Positions 8,390 to 19,866 are shown, counted from the stretch's first letter. The stretch: 64,000 bases of DNA from Sediminibacterium sp. (GCA_049314475.1 JBMOFB010000001.1:3047-67046), one strand, 5' to 3'. Program-made: numbers and translations. The notes: generated from the sequence alone by a model not told the origin.

Positions 8390-11107
8390 ATGAAGGATTT
8401 TACCTACATCACCAACTCCCATCCAGCCTTTATAGAAGGTTTGTACCAACAATTTTTAACTGATCCAGCATCAGTAGACCCAGATATCATTAAATTTTTT
8501 GAAGGTTTCGATTTTGCCTTACAAAACGGGACAGCAGCACCAGGACAAAGCGCGGATTGGGCGAATGAAATCAAAGTCTACCGTTTGATATTGGGTTATA
8601 GAAATAAGGGACATTTAATTGCAACGACCAATCCTATTCGAACTAGAAAGGATAGAGGGGCTAATTTAGATTTATCATGCTTTGAATTGACAGAGGCAGA
8701 TTTAGATAAAACATTTCAAGTAGGATCCATAATTGGCTTAGGTGCAACCACCCTAAAAAATATTCTTGCTCATTTACAAAAAACTTATGCGCATAGTCTG
8801 GGCATTGAGTTTAAATATATCTCTGATCAAAAAGTAATCGATTGGATAACCGATGAGTTTGAAAATAAATTTGCTCAGCCAATTCCTTTAAATCAGAAAA
8901 AACACATCCTTGAAAAATTAAACCAAGGGGTGATTTTTGAAAAATTCTTACACACAAAATACATTGGACAAAAGCGTTTCTCATTGGAAGGCGGCGAGTC
9001 TACGATTGCTGCATTGGATGCAATTATTAATACTGCAGCAGAGCATGGTGTAGAAGAAGTGGTGATTGGTATGGCACATCGTGGAAGATTGAATGTGCTA
9101 GCAAATATCATGGGTAAAACCTACGAAGAAATTTTTAGTGAATTTGAAGGTACTGCAGTGTTGGATCAAACCATGGGTAGTGGTGATGTGAAATACCATA
9201 TGGGCTTTTCCTCTGAAGTGACCACTTTCAGTAATAAAAAAGTGAATTTAAAATTGATGCCTAATCCATCGCATTTAGAAGCAGTAGATCCAGTTGTTTT
9301 AGGATTTGCTAGAGCTAAATCGGATGTATTGTATAATTCTGATGTATCCAAAATATTACCAATCCTAATTCATGGGGATGCCTCAGTCGCTGGACAAGGT
9401 ATTGTGTATGAAATTTTACAGATGTGCCAATTGAATGGTTACAAGACTGGTGGTACGATTCACTTTGTCATTAATAATCAAATTGGATTCACAACAGATT
9501 TTGATGATGCAAGAAGTGCGAACTATTGTACCTCCATTGCTGCAATGATTCAAGCGCCTGTGATTCATGTGAATGGAGATGATGCCGAAGCAGTGGTGAA
9601 AGCGGTGCAGATTGCAACAACCTACAGACAATTATTTAAGAACGATATTTTCATTGACATGGTTTGTTACAGAAAACACGGCCACAATGAAGGAGATGAT
9701 CCAAAGTATACACAACCTCAATTGTATAGCTTGATTGAGCAACATAAGAATCCAAGAGAAACTTATGCTGAATTTCTTTTACAAAATGGGGAGGCAAGTG
9801 CACAGGAATTAGCAAAGGAAATGGAAAAGAAATTCTGGTCCGATCTTCAAGCAAGATTAGATGAGGTGAAACAACATCCATTGCCCTATAAATACCAAGC
9901 ACCAGAATTGGCATGGAAAGCAATGCGAAAAGCAACGAACGAAGATTTTATTAGTTCACCTGATACATCCATTACTGCTGATAAAGCGAAATCTATTTTT
10001 GATGCACTAATGAAATGGCCATCTAGTTTTACGCCATTGAAAAAAGTGGACAAATTAATTCAAGAGAAAATTAAATTATACGAGACAGAAAAAAAGATAG
10101 ACTGGGCGACTGGTGAATTAATGGCTTATGCCTCTTTATTAGCAGAAGGCAAGACGGTTCGTATGAGTGGACAGGATGTGAAGCGTGGGACATTTAGTCA
10201 TCGTCATGCTGTTTTAGTAGATGAAAATACCAACGAACAATTCAATCGCTTGAATCATGTAGCAGAAGGACAACAGCCTTTTAGAATTTACAATTCATTA
10301 TTGAGCGAATATGGTGTACTTGGATTTGAATATGGCTATGCTTTAGCCAATGTGGATGCATTGGTCGTTTGGGAAGCACAGTTTGGTGATTTCTCAAATG
10401 GTGCACAAACAATCATCGACCAATTCATTGCAGCTGGTGAACAAAAATGGCAACGTCAAAATGGGGTAGTCATGTTATTGCCACATGGATACGAAGGGCA
10501 GGGGCCAGAACATAGCAGTGCAAGATTAGAGCGTTATTTACAATTATGTGCAGAGCACAATATGATCATCACCAATGTGACTACTGCTGCAAATTTATTC
10601 CATGCATTGAGAAGACAATTAACTTGGTCATTCAGAAAACCAATGATTAACTTCTCTCCAAAAGCGAATTTAAGAAGCCCGGCCACATTTAGTCCGTTGT
10701 CTGATTTGACAAAAGGTGGATTCAAAGAAGTGATTGACGATACATTTGTTCAAAAAGTGGAGGACGTTAAAAAAGTATTGTTCTGTTCTGGTAAGATTTA
10801 TTACGAAATGGCAGAAAGACAAAAAACAGAACAAAGAACAGATATTGCCATTGTGCGTTTAGAACAATTGTATCCATTGCCTGTTCAACAACTTACGGAA
10901 TTACATCAAAAATATGGAAAAGCAATTTGGTTCTGGGTGCAAGAAGAACCTTTGAATATGGGCGCTGCTAGTTTCTTGCAAATGAATTTAAAGGGGATTA
11001 AATATGGTGTCATTAGTAGACAAGCAAGTGCTGCTACAGCAACTGGTTATGCTAAAGTGCACGCGAAAGAACAAAATGAAATAATAACAACTGCGTTTTC
11101 TATCTAA
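8390..11107 (+). CDS. sucA: 2-oxoglutarate dehydrogenase E1
   Basis: KRFSLEG, GMAHRGRLN, GDVKYH, HGDA ThDP motif, WEAQFGDF, GPEHSSAR. Confidence 0.98.
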   Translation: MKDFTYITNSHPAFIEGLYQQFLTDPASVDPDIIKFFEGFDFALQNGTAAPGQSADWANEIKVYRLILGYRNKGHLIATTNPIRTRKDRGANLDLSCFELTEADLDKTFQVGSIIGLGATTLKNILAHLQKTYAHSLGIEFKYISDQKVIDWITDEFENKFAQPIPLNQKKHILEKLNQGVIFEKFLHTKYIGQKRFSLEGGESTIAALDAIINTAAEHGVEEVVIGMAHRGRLNVLANIMGKTYEEIFSEFEGTAVLDQTMGSGDVKYHMGFSSEVTTFSNKKVNLKLMPNPSHLEAVDPVVLGFARAKSDVLYNSDVSKILPILIHGDASVAGQGIVYEILQMCQLNGYKTGGTIHFVINNQIGFTTDFDDARSANYCTSIAAMIQAPVIHVNGDDAEAVVKAVQIATTYRQLFKNDIFIDMVCYRKHGHNEGDDPKYTQPQLYSLIEQHKNPRETYAEFLLQNGEASAQELAKEMEKKFWSDLQARLDEVKQHPLPYKYQAPELAWKAMRKATNEDFISSPDTSITADKAKSIFDALMKWPSSFTPLKKVDKLIQEKIKLYETEKKIDWATGELMAYASLLAEGKTVRMSGQDVKRGTFSHRHAVLVDENTNEQFNRLNHVAEGQQPFRIYNSLLSEYGVLGFEYGYALANVDALVVWEAQFGDFSNGAQTIIDQFIAAGEQKWQRQNGVVMLLPHGYEGQGPEHSSARLERYLQLCAEHNMIITNVTTAANLFHALRRQLTWSFRKPMINFSPKANLRSPATFSPLSDLTKGGFKEVIDDTFVQKVEDVKKVLFCSGKIYYEMAERQKTEQRTDIAIVRLEQLYPLPVQQLTELHQKYGKAIWFWVQEEPLNMGAASFLQMNLKGIKYGVISRQASAATATGYAKVHAKEQNEIITTAFSI

Positions 11108-11118
11108 AATATTAAAAC

Positions 11119-12366
11119 ATGATTTCCATTAAAGTACCAACAGTAGGAGAATCTATCACAGAAGTAACTTTGCTAAAGTGGACTAAGCCAGAAGGCGCTT
11201 GGGTAGATCGCGACGAAGTGATTGCAGAGTTAGAGAGTGAGAAAGCAACTTTCGAAGTGAACGCTGAACAAGCGGGTACTTTGCATCATAAAGCAACCGA
11301 AGGAGATAGCATTTTAATTGGTGCTATTTTAGCAGATATTGATGATAAAGCAACTAAGCCAGCTGGTGAAGCCCCAAAACCTGCACCTGCAGCCCCAACG
11401 GCGCCTTCAACTCCTGCAGCTCCTACGGCTCCAATTGCTCCAATGTCTACTGCACCTGTAACGAGTATACCAAATAATGTAAAAGCAACGCCTGTCGCTG
11501 CTGCTATCATTGCAGATAAAAATGTAGATACCAATCAAATTAAAGCGAGTGGTTTTGCTGGAAAGATTACAAAAGTGGATGTATTAGATGCTTTAAATAA
11601 TCCAGGTAAAATTCAGTTTGCTGGACAAGACTTATTTTCTCGCAATGTGCGTCCAGAGAAAATGTCTAACCTAAGAAAAACAATTAGCCGTCGTTTAGTT
11701 GAGGCAAAAAATACGACTGCCATGTTAACTACTTTCAATGAAGTAGATATGACAGGCATTATGCAGATCAGAAAACAATACAAGGATAAATTTAAAGAGG
11801 CGCATGGAGTGAACTTAGGATTCATGAGTTTCTTTGCTAAAGCTTGTGCGATTGCTTTGACGGAGTGGCCTTCTGTAAATGCATTCATAGACGGAGATCA
11901 ATTGTTATACCATGACTATGCAGACATTAGTATCGCTGTAAGTACGCCAAGAGGCTTGACAGTGCCAGTTATCAGAAACGTAGAGAGTTTAAGCATGGCA
12001 GGTATTGAGAAAAAAGTAATTGAGTTAGCTGGTAAGGCAAGAGATAGTAAGTTAACTGCAGAAGAATTAACTGGTGGAACATTCACCATCACCAATGGTG
12101 GTGTATTTGGAAGTTTAATGAGCACACCAATCATTAATATTCCTCAGTCTGCTATACTAGGTATGCATAAAATACAAGATCGTCCAATGGCTGTGAATGG
12201 TGAAGTTAAAATTTTACCAATGATGTACTTAGCATTAAGTTATGATCACAGAATCATTGATGGTCGTGAGAGTGTAGGCTTCTTAGTAAGAGTAAAAGAA
12301 TTATTAGAAAATCCAGCACTTTTATTAATTGCAAAAGATCCTGTTGCAAGTTTATTAGAATTATAA
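11119..12366 (+). CDS. sucB: Dihydrolipoamide succinyltransferase E2
   Basis: Lipoyl domain ESEKA, Pro/Ala linker, YDHRIIDG. Confidence 0.98.
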   Translation: MISIKVPTVGESITEVTLLKWTKPEGAWVDRDEVIAELESEKATFEVNAEQAGTLHHKATEGDSILIGAILADIDDKATKPAGEAPKPAPAAPTAPSTPAAPTAPIAPMSTAPVTSIPNNVKATPVAAAIIADKNVDTNQIKASGFAGKITKVDVLDALNNPGKIQFAGQDLFSRNVRPEKMSNLRKTISRRLVEAKNTTAMLTTFNEVDMTGIMQIRKQYKDKFKEAHGVNLGFMSFFAKACAIALTEWPSVNAFIDGDQLLYHDYADISIAVSTPRGLTVPVIRNVESLSMAGIEKKVIELAGKARDSKLTAEELTGGTFTITNGGVFGSLMSTPIINIPQSAILGMHKIQDRPMAVNGEVKILPMMYLALSYDHRIIDGRESVGFLVRVKELLENPALLLIAKDPVASLLEL

Positions 12367-12384
12367 TTCAAGAAAAACGAATAT

Positions 12385-12417
12385 AAGAAAGTCATGTTTT
12401 GCATGACTTTCTTTTTT
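12385..12417 (+). terminator. Intrinsic terminator after sucB
   Basis: AAGAAAGTCATG-TTTTG-CATGACTTTCTT plus T-tract. Confidence 0.8.
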
Positions 12418-12422
12418 ATAGC

Positions 12423-13427
12423 ATGACGCATCAAAATCAACACCAAGAAGTTGCTCAAAAATTAATTGCTACTTATCAAGGGCCGGAGCCTTTGGCTGCT
12501 TTCTTGAAAAAATATTTTGCTGCCAATAAAAAACACGGAAGTAAAGACCGCAAGAGCATTAGTGCTTTTTGCTATGCGTATTTTAGGGATATGTATGCAA
12601 ATTTTCCATTACAGGAATGCATTTCAAAGGAAATAGATATCCCAACATTCATCCATTCACATACCATCCAGCCTTTATTATTTATTAGAATAAGACCATG
12701 GCAAAAAGAGAAAGTGGTTGCTGCATTGCATGCTGCGTCTATTGAATATACACAGGTGCATGAGCATTGCTTTGCATTTTCAAATACCACTGCTTTGCAA
12801 AATGTATTGGCATTGAATAAAGAGGCAGTGATTCAGGATCTAAACTCGCAAGCACTTGCAGATTTATTGCAATTTGTTCCAACCAGTATGGAAACACCTA
12901 TTCAGGTTTGGGATGCATGTGCAGCAAGTGGAGGTAAAACAATTTTAATGTTTGATACCATGCAGAATATTCGGATGCATGTATCTGATGTAAGAGAAAG
13001 TATTTTATTCAATGCAGATAAACGCTTGCAAGAAGCGGGAATTCGTCCAGCAAGTGTTCAGGTGATTGATTTAACCGAGCCATTTGATATCAAAAAGCCT
13101 TTTGATTTTGTTTTTGCAGACTTACCATGTTCTGGTTCTGGAACTTGGGGTAGGACGCCAGAGCAAATAGCTTTTTTTACAGAGGAAAATTTAGATCACT
13201 ACACTGCATTACAATCAAAAATCATTGCAAATATTTTACCTACTGTAAAATTAAATGGACATCTACTCCTTGCAACCTGTTCGGTATACGAAGCAGAAAA
13301 CGAAGCGCATGTTCAAGCAATTTTATCTCAAGGTCAATTTGAATTAGTGGAGCAAAAATATTTCATTGGATATACGCAACAAGCAGACACCTTATTTGGT
13401 GCTATACTAAAACGCCACTCTGTATAA
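12423..13427 (+). CDS. RsmB/NOP (Fmu/Sun) family RNA m5C methyltransferase
   Basis: WDACAASGGKT, D.PCSGSG, ATCS motifs; ORF-track start lies inside the sucB terminator so start moved to ATG 12423. Confidence 0.88.
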   Translation: MTHQNQHQEVAQKLIATYQGPEPLAAFLKKYFAANKKHGSKDRKSISAFCYAYFRDMYANFPLQECISKEIDIPTFIHSHTIQPLLFIRIRPWQKEKVVAALHAASIEYTQVHEHCFAFSNTTALQNVLALNKEAVIQDLNSQALADLLQFVPTSMETPIQVWDACAASGGKTILMFDTMQNIRMHVSDVRESILFNADKRLQEAGIRPASVQVIDLTEPFDIKKPFDFVFADLPCSGSGTWGRTPEQIAFFTEENLDHYTALQSKIIANILPTVKLNGHLLLATCSVYEAENEAHVQAILSQGQFELVEQKYFIGYTQQADTLFGAILKRHSV

Positions 13428-14505
13428 TACCTCCGGCAACCACATCCTCGCCTTCGTAAAACACTGCGCTTTGTCCGGGTGCAATACTCTTTACATTTTC
13501 ATAAAATCTTGCTTGTACGCCCATATCGGTATGGGATAAGGTACACAATGCACCAGTATCGTGGTACCTAATTTTTGCCATCAAGTCCATGGATGTTGGA
13601 AGGTGATCGTATTTGATCCAATTCATTTTCGCAACTAGCATATCGTTCTTATCTAAATCTGATTCCTCTCCAATGACTACAATATTTTTTTCAGGATCAA
13701 TCGATGTAACGTAGACAGGATGGCCCATTGCTAGTTCCAAACCTTTTCTTTGTCCAATCGTATAAAATGGATAGCCTTTATGTTTTCCTAATCTTTTTCC
13801 TTTAGTATCCACAAACCATCCGCCATTTACTTTTTCTTCTAATCCATCCACGCGGCGTTTTAAAAACCCTCTATAATCATTGTCAGGCACAAAACAAATT
13901 TCGTAGCTTTCACTTTTTTTAGCCAACTCTGGATAACCCATATCAATGGCCATTTGTTTGATGTCTTTTTTATGCATGTCACCAAGAGGAAGAATGGTAC
14001 GCTTTAATAAGTCCTGATCCACACCCCATAACACATAGCTTTGGTCCTTGGTTTCATCTAAACCTTTTGAAATCACATAACGTCCATTATCGTGTTGACG
14101 TACTTTAGCATAATGGCCTGTGGCTATGAATTCGCAACCCAATGCATCTGCTCTTTTAAGTAAGGCGCGCCATTTGATATGCGTATTGCACATCACGCAT
14201 GGGTTGGGTGTCCTTCCAGCTAAATATTCTTCTACAAAATTTTCGATGACAAAGTCTCCAAATTCCTCTCTGATATCTAATATATAATGTGGAAATCCAT
14301 TGTTCACGGCCGCCATTCTAGCGTCGTTGAATGAATCGATATTGCAACAGCCTGTTTCCTTACCGTTGGCATTGCTGGTGGAATAATCCCATGTTTTCAT
14401 GGTAATTCCGACTACTTCGTATCCTTCGTTGTGTAAGAGAATTGCAGCGACTGTGCTATCTATTCCGCCGCTCATTGCGACAAGTACTTTTCCTTTTTTG
14501 CTCAT
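13402..14505 (-). CDS. mnmA: tRNA 2-thiouridine(34) synthase
   Basis: AMSGGIDS, TPNPCVMCN, ATGHY, KDQSY, PGQSAVFY; start moved to ATG 14505. Confidence 0.97.
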   Translation of the reverse strand: MSKKGKVLVAMSGGIDSTVAAILLHNEGYEVVGITMKTWDYSTSNANGKETGCCNIDSFNDARMAAVNNGFPHYILDIREEFGDFVIENFVEEYLAGRTPNPCVMCNTHIKWRALLKRADALGCEFIATGHYAKVRQHDNGRYVISKGLDETKDQSYVLWGVDQDLLKRTILPLGDMHKKDIKQMAIDMGYPELAKKSESYEICFVPDNDYRGFLKRRVDGLEEKVNGGWFVDTKGKRLGKHKGYPFYTIGQRKGLELAMGHPVYVTSIDPEKNIVVIGEESDLDKNDMLVAKMNWIKYDHLPTSMDLMAKIRYHDTGALCTLSHTDMGVQARFYENVKSIAPGQSAVFYEGEDVVAGGIIQSGVLV

Positions 14506-14592
14506 TTTTCGGTGGCCAGTTAAAAGTTGGCTTGGCACAAAAGTAACAAAAAATTACTATCTTCATTCTATTAGAAAGTTAAAATATACAAT

Positions 14593-15030
14593 ATGATAAA
14601 GTTACAAGTGATTGGAAATTTAGGCAAGGACGCCGTGGTGAATAACGTAAACGGTAAGTCTGTTATTAATTTCAATGTAGCGCATACAGAAAAATACAAG
14701 GACGCGCAAGGGGTACAAAAAGACAGAACTACTTGGGTAGATTGTTCTTATTGGACAGATCGTACAGCTGTGGCACCTTATTTAAAGAAGGGAACACAAG
14801 TGTATGTAGAAGGCACACCGGATGTAAGATCTTACACCACAACAGATGGACGCCAAGGGGCTTCATTGACCTTAAGAATTGTTTCAGTGCAATTATTAGG
14901 AGCTAAACCTTCTGGTTCTGGTGGAGAACAACCAAACTATGGTGGCGAAACCAATCCAACTCAGAGCTACAATCCAGCACCTAGTGCAGGAGCAGAAAGC
15001 AATGAAGCAATGGACGATTTACCATTCTAA
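14593..15030 (+). CDS. ssb: Single-stranded DNA-binding protein
   Basis: IGNLGKD OB fold, C-terminal DDLPF. Confidence 0.97.
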   Translation: MIKLQVIGNLGKDAVVNNVNGKSVINFNVAHTEKYKDAQGVQKDRTTWVDCSYWTDRTAVAPYLKKGTQVYVEGTPDVRSYTTTDGRQGASLTLRIVSVQLLGAKPSGSGGEQPNYGGETNPTQSYNPAPSAGAESNEAMDDLPF

Positions 15031-15049
15031 TTTTTTAAGCAATCGCATT

Positions 15050-15080
15050 AAGGGTGTACTGAACAGTGCACCTTTTTTTT
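15050..15080 (+). terminator. Intrinsic terminator after ssb
   Basis: AAGGGTGTACT-GAAC-AGTGCACCTTT plus T-tract. Confidence 0.8.
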
Positions 15081-15093
15081 GTAAATTTGTTCC

Positions 15094-16185
15094 ATGGAAT
15101 CAAAGAACTATTCTTACCAAGCGTTGACTGAATTTGCTGAAGCTGTTTTTTTAAAGATGGGTTGTCCTGTATCTGATGCAGCATTGGCCACTAAGGTGTT
15201 GTTATCTGCTGACTTAAGAGGGATTGATAGTCACGGAATCGCTAGACTGGTGGGCTATGTAAGATTATGGGAAGTTGGCAGAATCAATGCCACACCTAAT
15301 ATTAAGGTTGTTTATGAAACGCCTTCTACGGCTGTGATTGACGGGGATAGAGGTTTAGGATTGATTGTTGCGCCAAGAGCCATGGAGATTGCGATGGAGA
15401 AAGCAAAGCAAGTAGGGACAGGTTGGGTGAGTGTTAAAAATAGCAATCATTTTGGGATTGCTGGTTACCATGCCATGATGGCTTTAGAACAAGAGATGAT
15501 TGGCATTGCCATGACCAATGCAAGTGCACTAGTGGCTCCAACCTACTCGGCAGAAAAATTATTAGGTACCAATCCAATAGCGGTGGCGGTTCCTGCTGGA
15601 GAAGAAGCACCTTTTGTAGCAGATTTTGCAACGACCACTGCGGCGAATGGTAAATTAGAAATTGCACAAAGAAACAATACAACAATTCCATTTGGTTGGG
15701 CACAAGACGCCGATGGGAATGCAACACAAGACGCCAATATTTTAAAAAATGGAGGTGCATTATTGCCTTTGGGATCAGAGAAAGAGCAGGGTAGTCATAA
15801 GGGATATGCATTAGGATCAATTGTAGATATTTTCTCTGCAGTTTTAAGTGGTGCAAGTTTTGGTCCATGGGCACCTCCATTTCCTGCTTATGTTCCTATG
15901 CCAGAAAATATGCCAGGAGAAGGGCTTGGTCATTTTATTGGGGCCATGCGGATTGATGCTTTTAGACCCGCAGCAGATTTTAAATCCAATATGGATTTAT
16001 GGTTGAATCGTTTTAGAAATGCCACTCCAGCAAAAGGACATGAACAAGTTTATGTAGCAGGAGATATAGAACGAGAGATAGAAAATGAACGCATGCAAAA
16101 AGGTATTCCTTTGGTAGATGTAGTACAAAATGATTTAAAGGCTTTAGCAGAAAAGATGAATTTGTCTTTTGAACTCAAGAAATAA
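15094..16185 (+). CDS. Ldh_2 family (type 2 malate/L-lactate dehydrogenase-like) oxidoreductase
   Basis: ADLRGIDSHG, SNHFGIAG, GTNPIA, HKGYALG. Confidence 0.93.
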   Translation: MESKNYSYQALTEFAEAVFLKMGCPVSDAALATKVLLSADLRGIDSHGIARLVGYVRLWEVGRINATPNIKVVYETPSTAVIDGDRGLGLIVAPRAMEIAMEKAKQVGTGWVSVKNSNHFGIAGYHAMMALEQEMIGIAMTNASALVAPTYSAEKLLGTNPIAVAVPAGEEAPFVADFATTTAANGKLEIAQRNNTTIPFGWAQDADGNATQDANILKNGGALLPLGSEKEQGSHKGYALGSIVDIFSAVLSGASFGPWAPPFPAYVPMPENMPGEGLGHFIGAMRIDAFRPAADFKSNMDLWLNRFRNATPAKGHEQVYVAGDIEREIENERMQKGIPLVDVVQNDLKALAEKMNLSFELKK

Positions 16186-16211
16186 TTTTTATTTGAATTT
16201 ATTACGTAAAT

Positions 16212-16246
16212 AAAAAAGGGAACAGAAATTATCTGTCCCCTTTTTT
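16212..16246. terminator. Bidirectional terminator between the convergent Ldh_2 gene and queA
   Basis: A6-GGGAACAGA...TCTGTCCCC-T6. Confidence 0.8.
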
Positions 16247-16310
16247 AAATCTATTTAAACAGTAAAAATCTAACTGAGTATTATTTATTTAATTTTTAGT
16301 TTTACTAAAA

Positions 16311-17360
16311 TTAAATAAATAATAACGCATCTCCATAAGAGAAGAAACGGTATTTATCTTTAATTGCTTTTTTATAAGCTTCCATAGCCAATTCGTATCC
16401 TGCAAATGCACAAGACATAATTAACAAACTTGTTTTTGGCAAGTGAAAATTGGTCACTAAGCTATCTGCAATATTAAAATTATAAGGAGGGTGGATAAAA
16501 TGATTTGTCCATCCTTCTGCTGGCTTCAATAAACGTTGTGCTGTTACACTACTTTCCATAGCACGCATTGCTGTGGTACCAATTGAACAAACACGTCGAC
16601 CATTTTCTTTTGCCGTATTGATAATTCTACAAGCGTCTTCGTCTATCTTAAAGTACTCAGCATCCATTTTGTGTTTGCTCAAATCTTCTACTTCAATTGG
16701 TCTGAAAGTGCTTAAGCCAGTGTGTAATGTCACTTCTGCAAAACGGATACCAAGGATTTCTGAACGCTTAATTAATTCTTTACTAAAGTGTAAACCTGCA
16801 GTAGGAGCAGCCACTGCACCTTCATGCTTTGCGTAAACGGTTTGGTATCTTTCTTTGTCATCTTCATCAGGCTTTCGCTTAATATATTTAGGCAATGGGG
16901 TCTCACCTAAAAATTCTAACATTTTTTTAAATCCTTCGTCATCACCTTCCCATAAAAAACGGATGGTACGACCACGGCTAGTTGTGTTGTCAATTACCTC
17001 AGCTACTAGCTCTTCATTTTCACCAAAGTACAATTTGTTACCTACACGAATTTTTCTTGCGGGATCAACAATGACATCCCATAAACGGTTAGGCTTATTT
17101 AATTCTCTTAATAAGAATACTTCGATTTTTGCACCTGTTTTTTCCTTACGACCATACATTCTGGCAGGGAATACTTTAGTGTTATTCACTACAAATACGT
17201 CCTTGTCATCATAGTACTCTAATAAGTCAGAGAAATGACGATTTTCCATGTGGCCGTTTTTACGGTTGACCACCATCAGTCTACTGTCTTCTCTTTTTTT
17301 TGTTGGGTACTGGGCAATCAGGTTTAAAGGTAGGTCATACCTAAATTGGGAAAGTTTCAT
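16311..17360 (-). CDS. queA: SAM:tRNA ribosyltransferase-isomerase
   Basis: [46 protein letters not shown]. Confidence 0.97.
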   Translation of the reverse strand: MKLSQFRYDLPLNLIAQYPTKKREDSRLMVVNRKNGHMENRHFSDLLEYYDDKDVFVVNNTKVFPARMYGRKEKTGAKIEVFLLRELNKPNRLWDVIVDPARKIRVGNKLYFGENEELVAEVIDNTTSRGRTIRFLWEGDDEGFKKMLEFLGETPLPKYIKRKPDEDDKERYQTVYAKHEGAVAAPTAGLHFSKELIKRSEILGIRFAEVTLHTGLSTFRPIEVEDLSKHKMDAEYFKIDEDACRIINTAKENGRRVCSIGTTAMRAMESSVTAQRLLKPAEGWTNHFIHPPYNFNIADSLVTNFHLPKTSLLIMSCAFAGYELAMEAYKKAIKDKYRFFSYGDALLFI

Positions 17361-17400
17361 TTGTGTCTATATTTAAAATGATAGCCACATTAAGTTTACT

Positions 17401-17440
17401 ACAGCCTTACGGGGCAGTTCGCTTCATGTTACGGCATGAA
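17401..17440 (-). promoter_or_regulatory. Candidate structured queA 5' leader: two hairpins with identical CCGUAA loops
   Basis: UUCAUG-CCGUAA-CAUGAA and ACUGCC-CCGUAA-GGCUGU, downstream of -7 box TACATTTG (17452-17459, minus). Confidence 0.6.
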
Positions 17441-17579
17441 AATTATGGAGGCAAATGTACAAAATCGCCGTAAATTTGCCAATATAAGATTTGCCCTAAA
17501 ATTAGGCCGTTCATTTAAAAGCTGTAATTTTGCCAAACAGCCGTTAGTTTAGAGCTAATCGATTAAATATTAAGAAGCT

Positions 17580-18260
17580 ATGCTGCATAAAAAATGGTGG
17601 AAATTGTTGTCTTTTCTTTTGCTTTTGTACACTTGTACCTATGGTTTTTTGGTGAAAGTGCCTAAGTTAGACGACCGCATGCAGGAGTCCATCCGTAATT
17701 TCTTTTTTCATGTGCCGATGTGGTTTGGCATGATGATTTTATTGTTTGTTTCACTAGTTTATTCTATTAAATATTTAAGGTCATCTAGTTTAAAGCATGA
17801 TGTGTATGCGCAAGCTTATGCGGCCATGGGTTTGATTTTTGGTGTTTTAGGCATTATTACTGGAGCATTGTGGGCAAATTACCAGTGGGGTAGCCCATGG
17901 GTGGGCGATCCAAAGCAAAATGGTGCTGCCATCGCATTACTAATTTATTTTGCTTATTTTGTTTTAAGAGGCAGTTTAGTGGATGCAGAAAAAAAGGCAA
18001 GGCTCTCTGCGGTCTATAATATTTTTTCATTTTTCATGTTGTTTCCTACACTTTGGATTTTACCAAGGTTAACTGAATCTTTACATCCTGGTGGACAGGG
18101 TAGCGATGGTAATCCTGGTATCAATGGAAAAGATATGTCTGCAAACATGCGAACAGTATTTTATCCAGCAGTCATTGGATGGACTTTATTGGGGGTTTGG
18201 ATTACTACTTTAAAGATTCGTGTACAAATGATTCAATTAAAAAAAGAAGGCATCTTATAA
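17580..18260 (+). CDS. ccmC: Cytochrome c biogenesis heme-handling protein (CcmC)
   Basis: FFHVP, G.LWA...WG.PW..DPK (WWD domain), SLHP. Confidence 0.9.
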   Translation: MLHKKWWKLLSFLLLLYTCTYGFLVKVPKLDDRMQESIRNFFFHVPMWFGMMILLFVSLVYSIKYLRSSSLKHDVYAQAYAAMGLIFGVLGIITGALWANYQWGSPWVGDPKQNGAAIALLIYFAYFVLRGSLVDAEKKARLSAVYNIFSFFMLFPTLWILPRLTESLHPGGQGSDGNPGINGKDMSANMRTVFYPAVIGWTLLGVWITTLKIRVQMIQLKKEGIL

Positions 18261-18279
18261 TCCTATAATTATTAAATAT

Positions 18280-18438
18280 ATGTTAACCTTATTACAAGCA
18301 CAACAAGCAGCGTCACAAAGTATTATGTTGCAGAACGGTAAAATTTTCTTAGTGATGTCAGTCGTATGTATTGTGCTTATTGGCCTTTTTGTATATGTCG
18401 CATCCATTGATAAAAAAATTAAACAACTAGAAAAATAA
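18280..18438 (+). CDS. ccmD: CcmD-like small membrane protein (52 aa)
   Basis: Not in ORF track; MLTLLQAQQAASQSIMLQNGKIFLVMSVVCIVLIGLFVYVASIDKKIKQLEK, one TM plus charged tail, directly after ccmC. Confidence 0.8.
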   Translation: MLTLLQAQQAASQSIMLQNGKIFLVMSVVCIVLIGLFVYVASIDKKIKQLEK

Positions 18439-18444
18439 AAGTAT

Positions 18445-19866
18445 ATGTCAACAACATCAGAGTACAGTTTTTTTCAGAGTGTAGAAAAAAGTTTCGACAA
18501 AGCATCTAAGTATACCAGTTGGGAGACAGGATTGCTAGAGCAAATCAAAGCTTGTAATAGTATTTACAGTATGCGTTTTCCAGTCAAAATGGATGATGGC
18601 AGAATCGAAGTGATTGAAGCGTACAGAGTACAACACTCTCAACATAAATCACCTTGTAAAGGGGGTATCCGTTTTAGCCTTGCAGTCAATCAAGACGAAG
18701 TGATGGCATTGGCCGCTTTAATGACTTACAAATGTGCTATTGTGAATGTGCCATTTGGTGGAGGTAAAGGAGGGATTAAAATTAACCCAAGAGCCTTAAG
18801 CGCATACGAATTAGAAAAAATCACTAGAAGGTATACGGCAGAATTAGTAAAGAAAAACTTTATTGGTCCTGGTATCGATGTGCCTGCTCCAGATTACGGA
18901 ACAGGCGAGCGCGAAATGGCTTGGATTGTGGATACCTATCAATCCTTAAAACCAGGTGAGATTGATGCAGCTGGTTGTGTGACTGGTAAGCCGGTATCAT
19001 TGGGTGGTGTGAGAGGACGTAAGGAAGCCACTGGATTGGGCGTATTTTACGGTGTGAGAGAAGTATGTTTAATGGAAGATGTGATGAAGAAATTAGGATT
19101 AACAGTAGGGATTGAGAATAAGCGCGTGATTGTTCAGGGATTAGGTAATGTGGGGTATTTCTCTGCAAAATTCTTTAGATCTAATGGTGCTAAAGTGGTA
19201 GCTATTGCAGAATTTGAAGGGGCTATTTACTGTGAAGATGGGTTAGATGAAGAAGCAGTTTTCCAACACAGAAAAACAACAGGGAGCATCTTGAATTTTC
19301 CAGGTGCCACTAATATTGAAAAGAGTTCTGATGCATTAGAGATGGAATGCGATATTTTAATTCCTGCAGCATTAGAAAATGTAATTGATAAAAATAATGC
19401 ACCAAAAATAAAAGCCAAAATCATTGGTGAAGCAGCAAATGGTCCTTTAACACCAGAGGCAGATGAAATTTTATCTAAAAATGGGGTGTTGGTTATTCCA
19501 GATATGTACTTGAATGCGGGTGGTGTAACTGTATCTTATTTTGAGTGGTTGAAAAATTTAAGTCATGTAAGATATGGCCGTTTAGAAAAACGTTTTACAG
19601 AAAATGCAAATATCAATCTAATCAATCAAATGGAAGAGCTGACTGGTAAAAAAGTAAGCCCTACAGAAAGAGCAGTGATTGCGCATGGTCCAGATGAAAT
19701 TGATTTAGTGCATAGTGGATTGGAAGAAACGATGATTAATGCAACAAGAGAAATTATGGACATTTGGAATGCAAATCCGTCTATACCAGATATGAGAACT
19801 GCAGCTTATGTATGTGCAATCAATAAAGTAGCGCACTCTTATACGGAACTAGGAATTTTCCCTTAA
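18445..19866 (+). CDS. gdhA: Glutamate dehydrogenase (Glu/Leu/Phe/Val family)
   Basis: [35 protein letters not shown]. Confidence 0.95.
   Translation: MSTTSEYSFFQSVEKSFDKASKYTSWETGLLEQIKACNSIYSMRFPVKMDDGRIEVIEAYRVQHSQHKSPCKGGIRFSLAVNQDEVMALAALMTYKCAIVNVPFGGGKGGIKINPRALSAYELEKITRRYTAELVKKNFIGPGIDVPAPDYGTGEREMAWIVDTYQSLKPGEIDAAGCVTGKPVSLGGVRGRKEATGLGVFYGVREVCLMEDVMKKLGLTVGIENKRVIVQGLGNVGYFSAKFFRSNGAKVVAIAEFEGAIYCEDGLDEEAVFQHRKTTGSILNFPGATNIEKSSDALEMECDILIPAALENVIDKNNAPKIKAKIIGEAANGPLTPEADEILSKNGVLVIPDMYLNAGGVTVSYFEWLKNLSHVRYGRLEKRFTENANINLINQMEELTGKKVSPTERAVIAHGPDEIDLVHSGLEETMINATREIMDIWNANPSIPDMRTAAYVCAINKVAHSYTELGIFP

Noticed and set aside
11371-11460. Pro/Ala/Thr repeat in sucB
   Set aside because: Ordinary flexible E2 linker.
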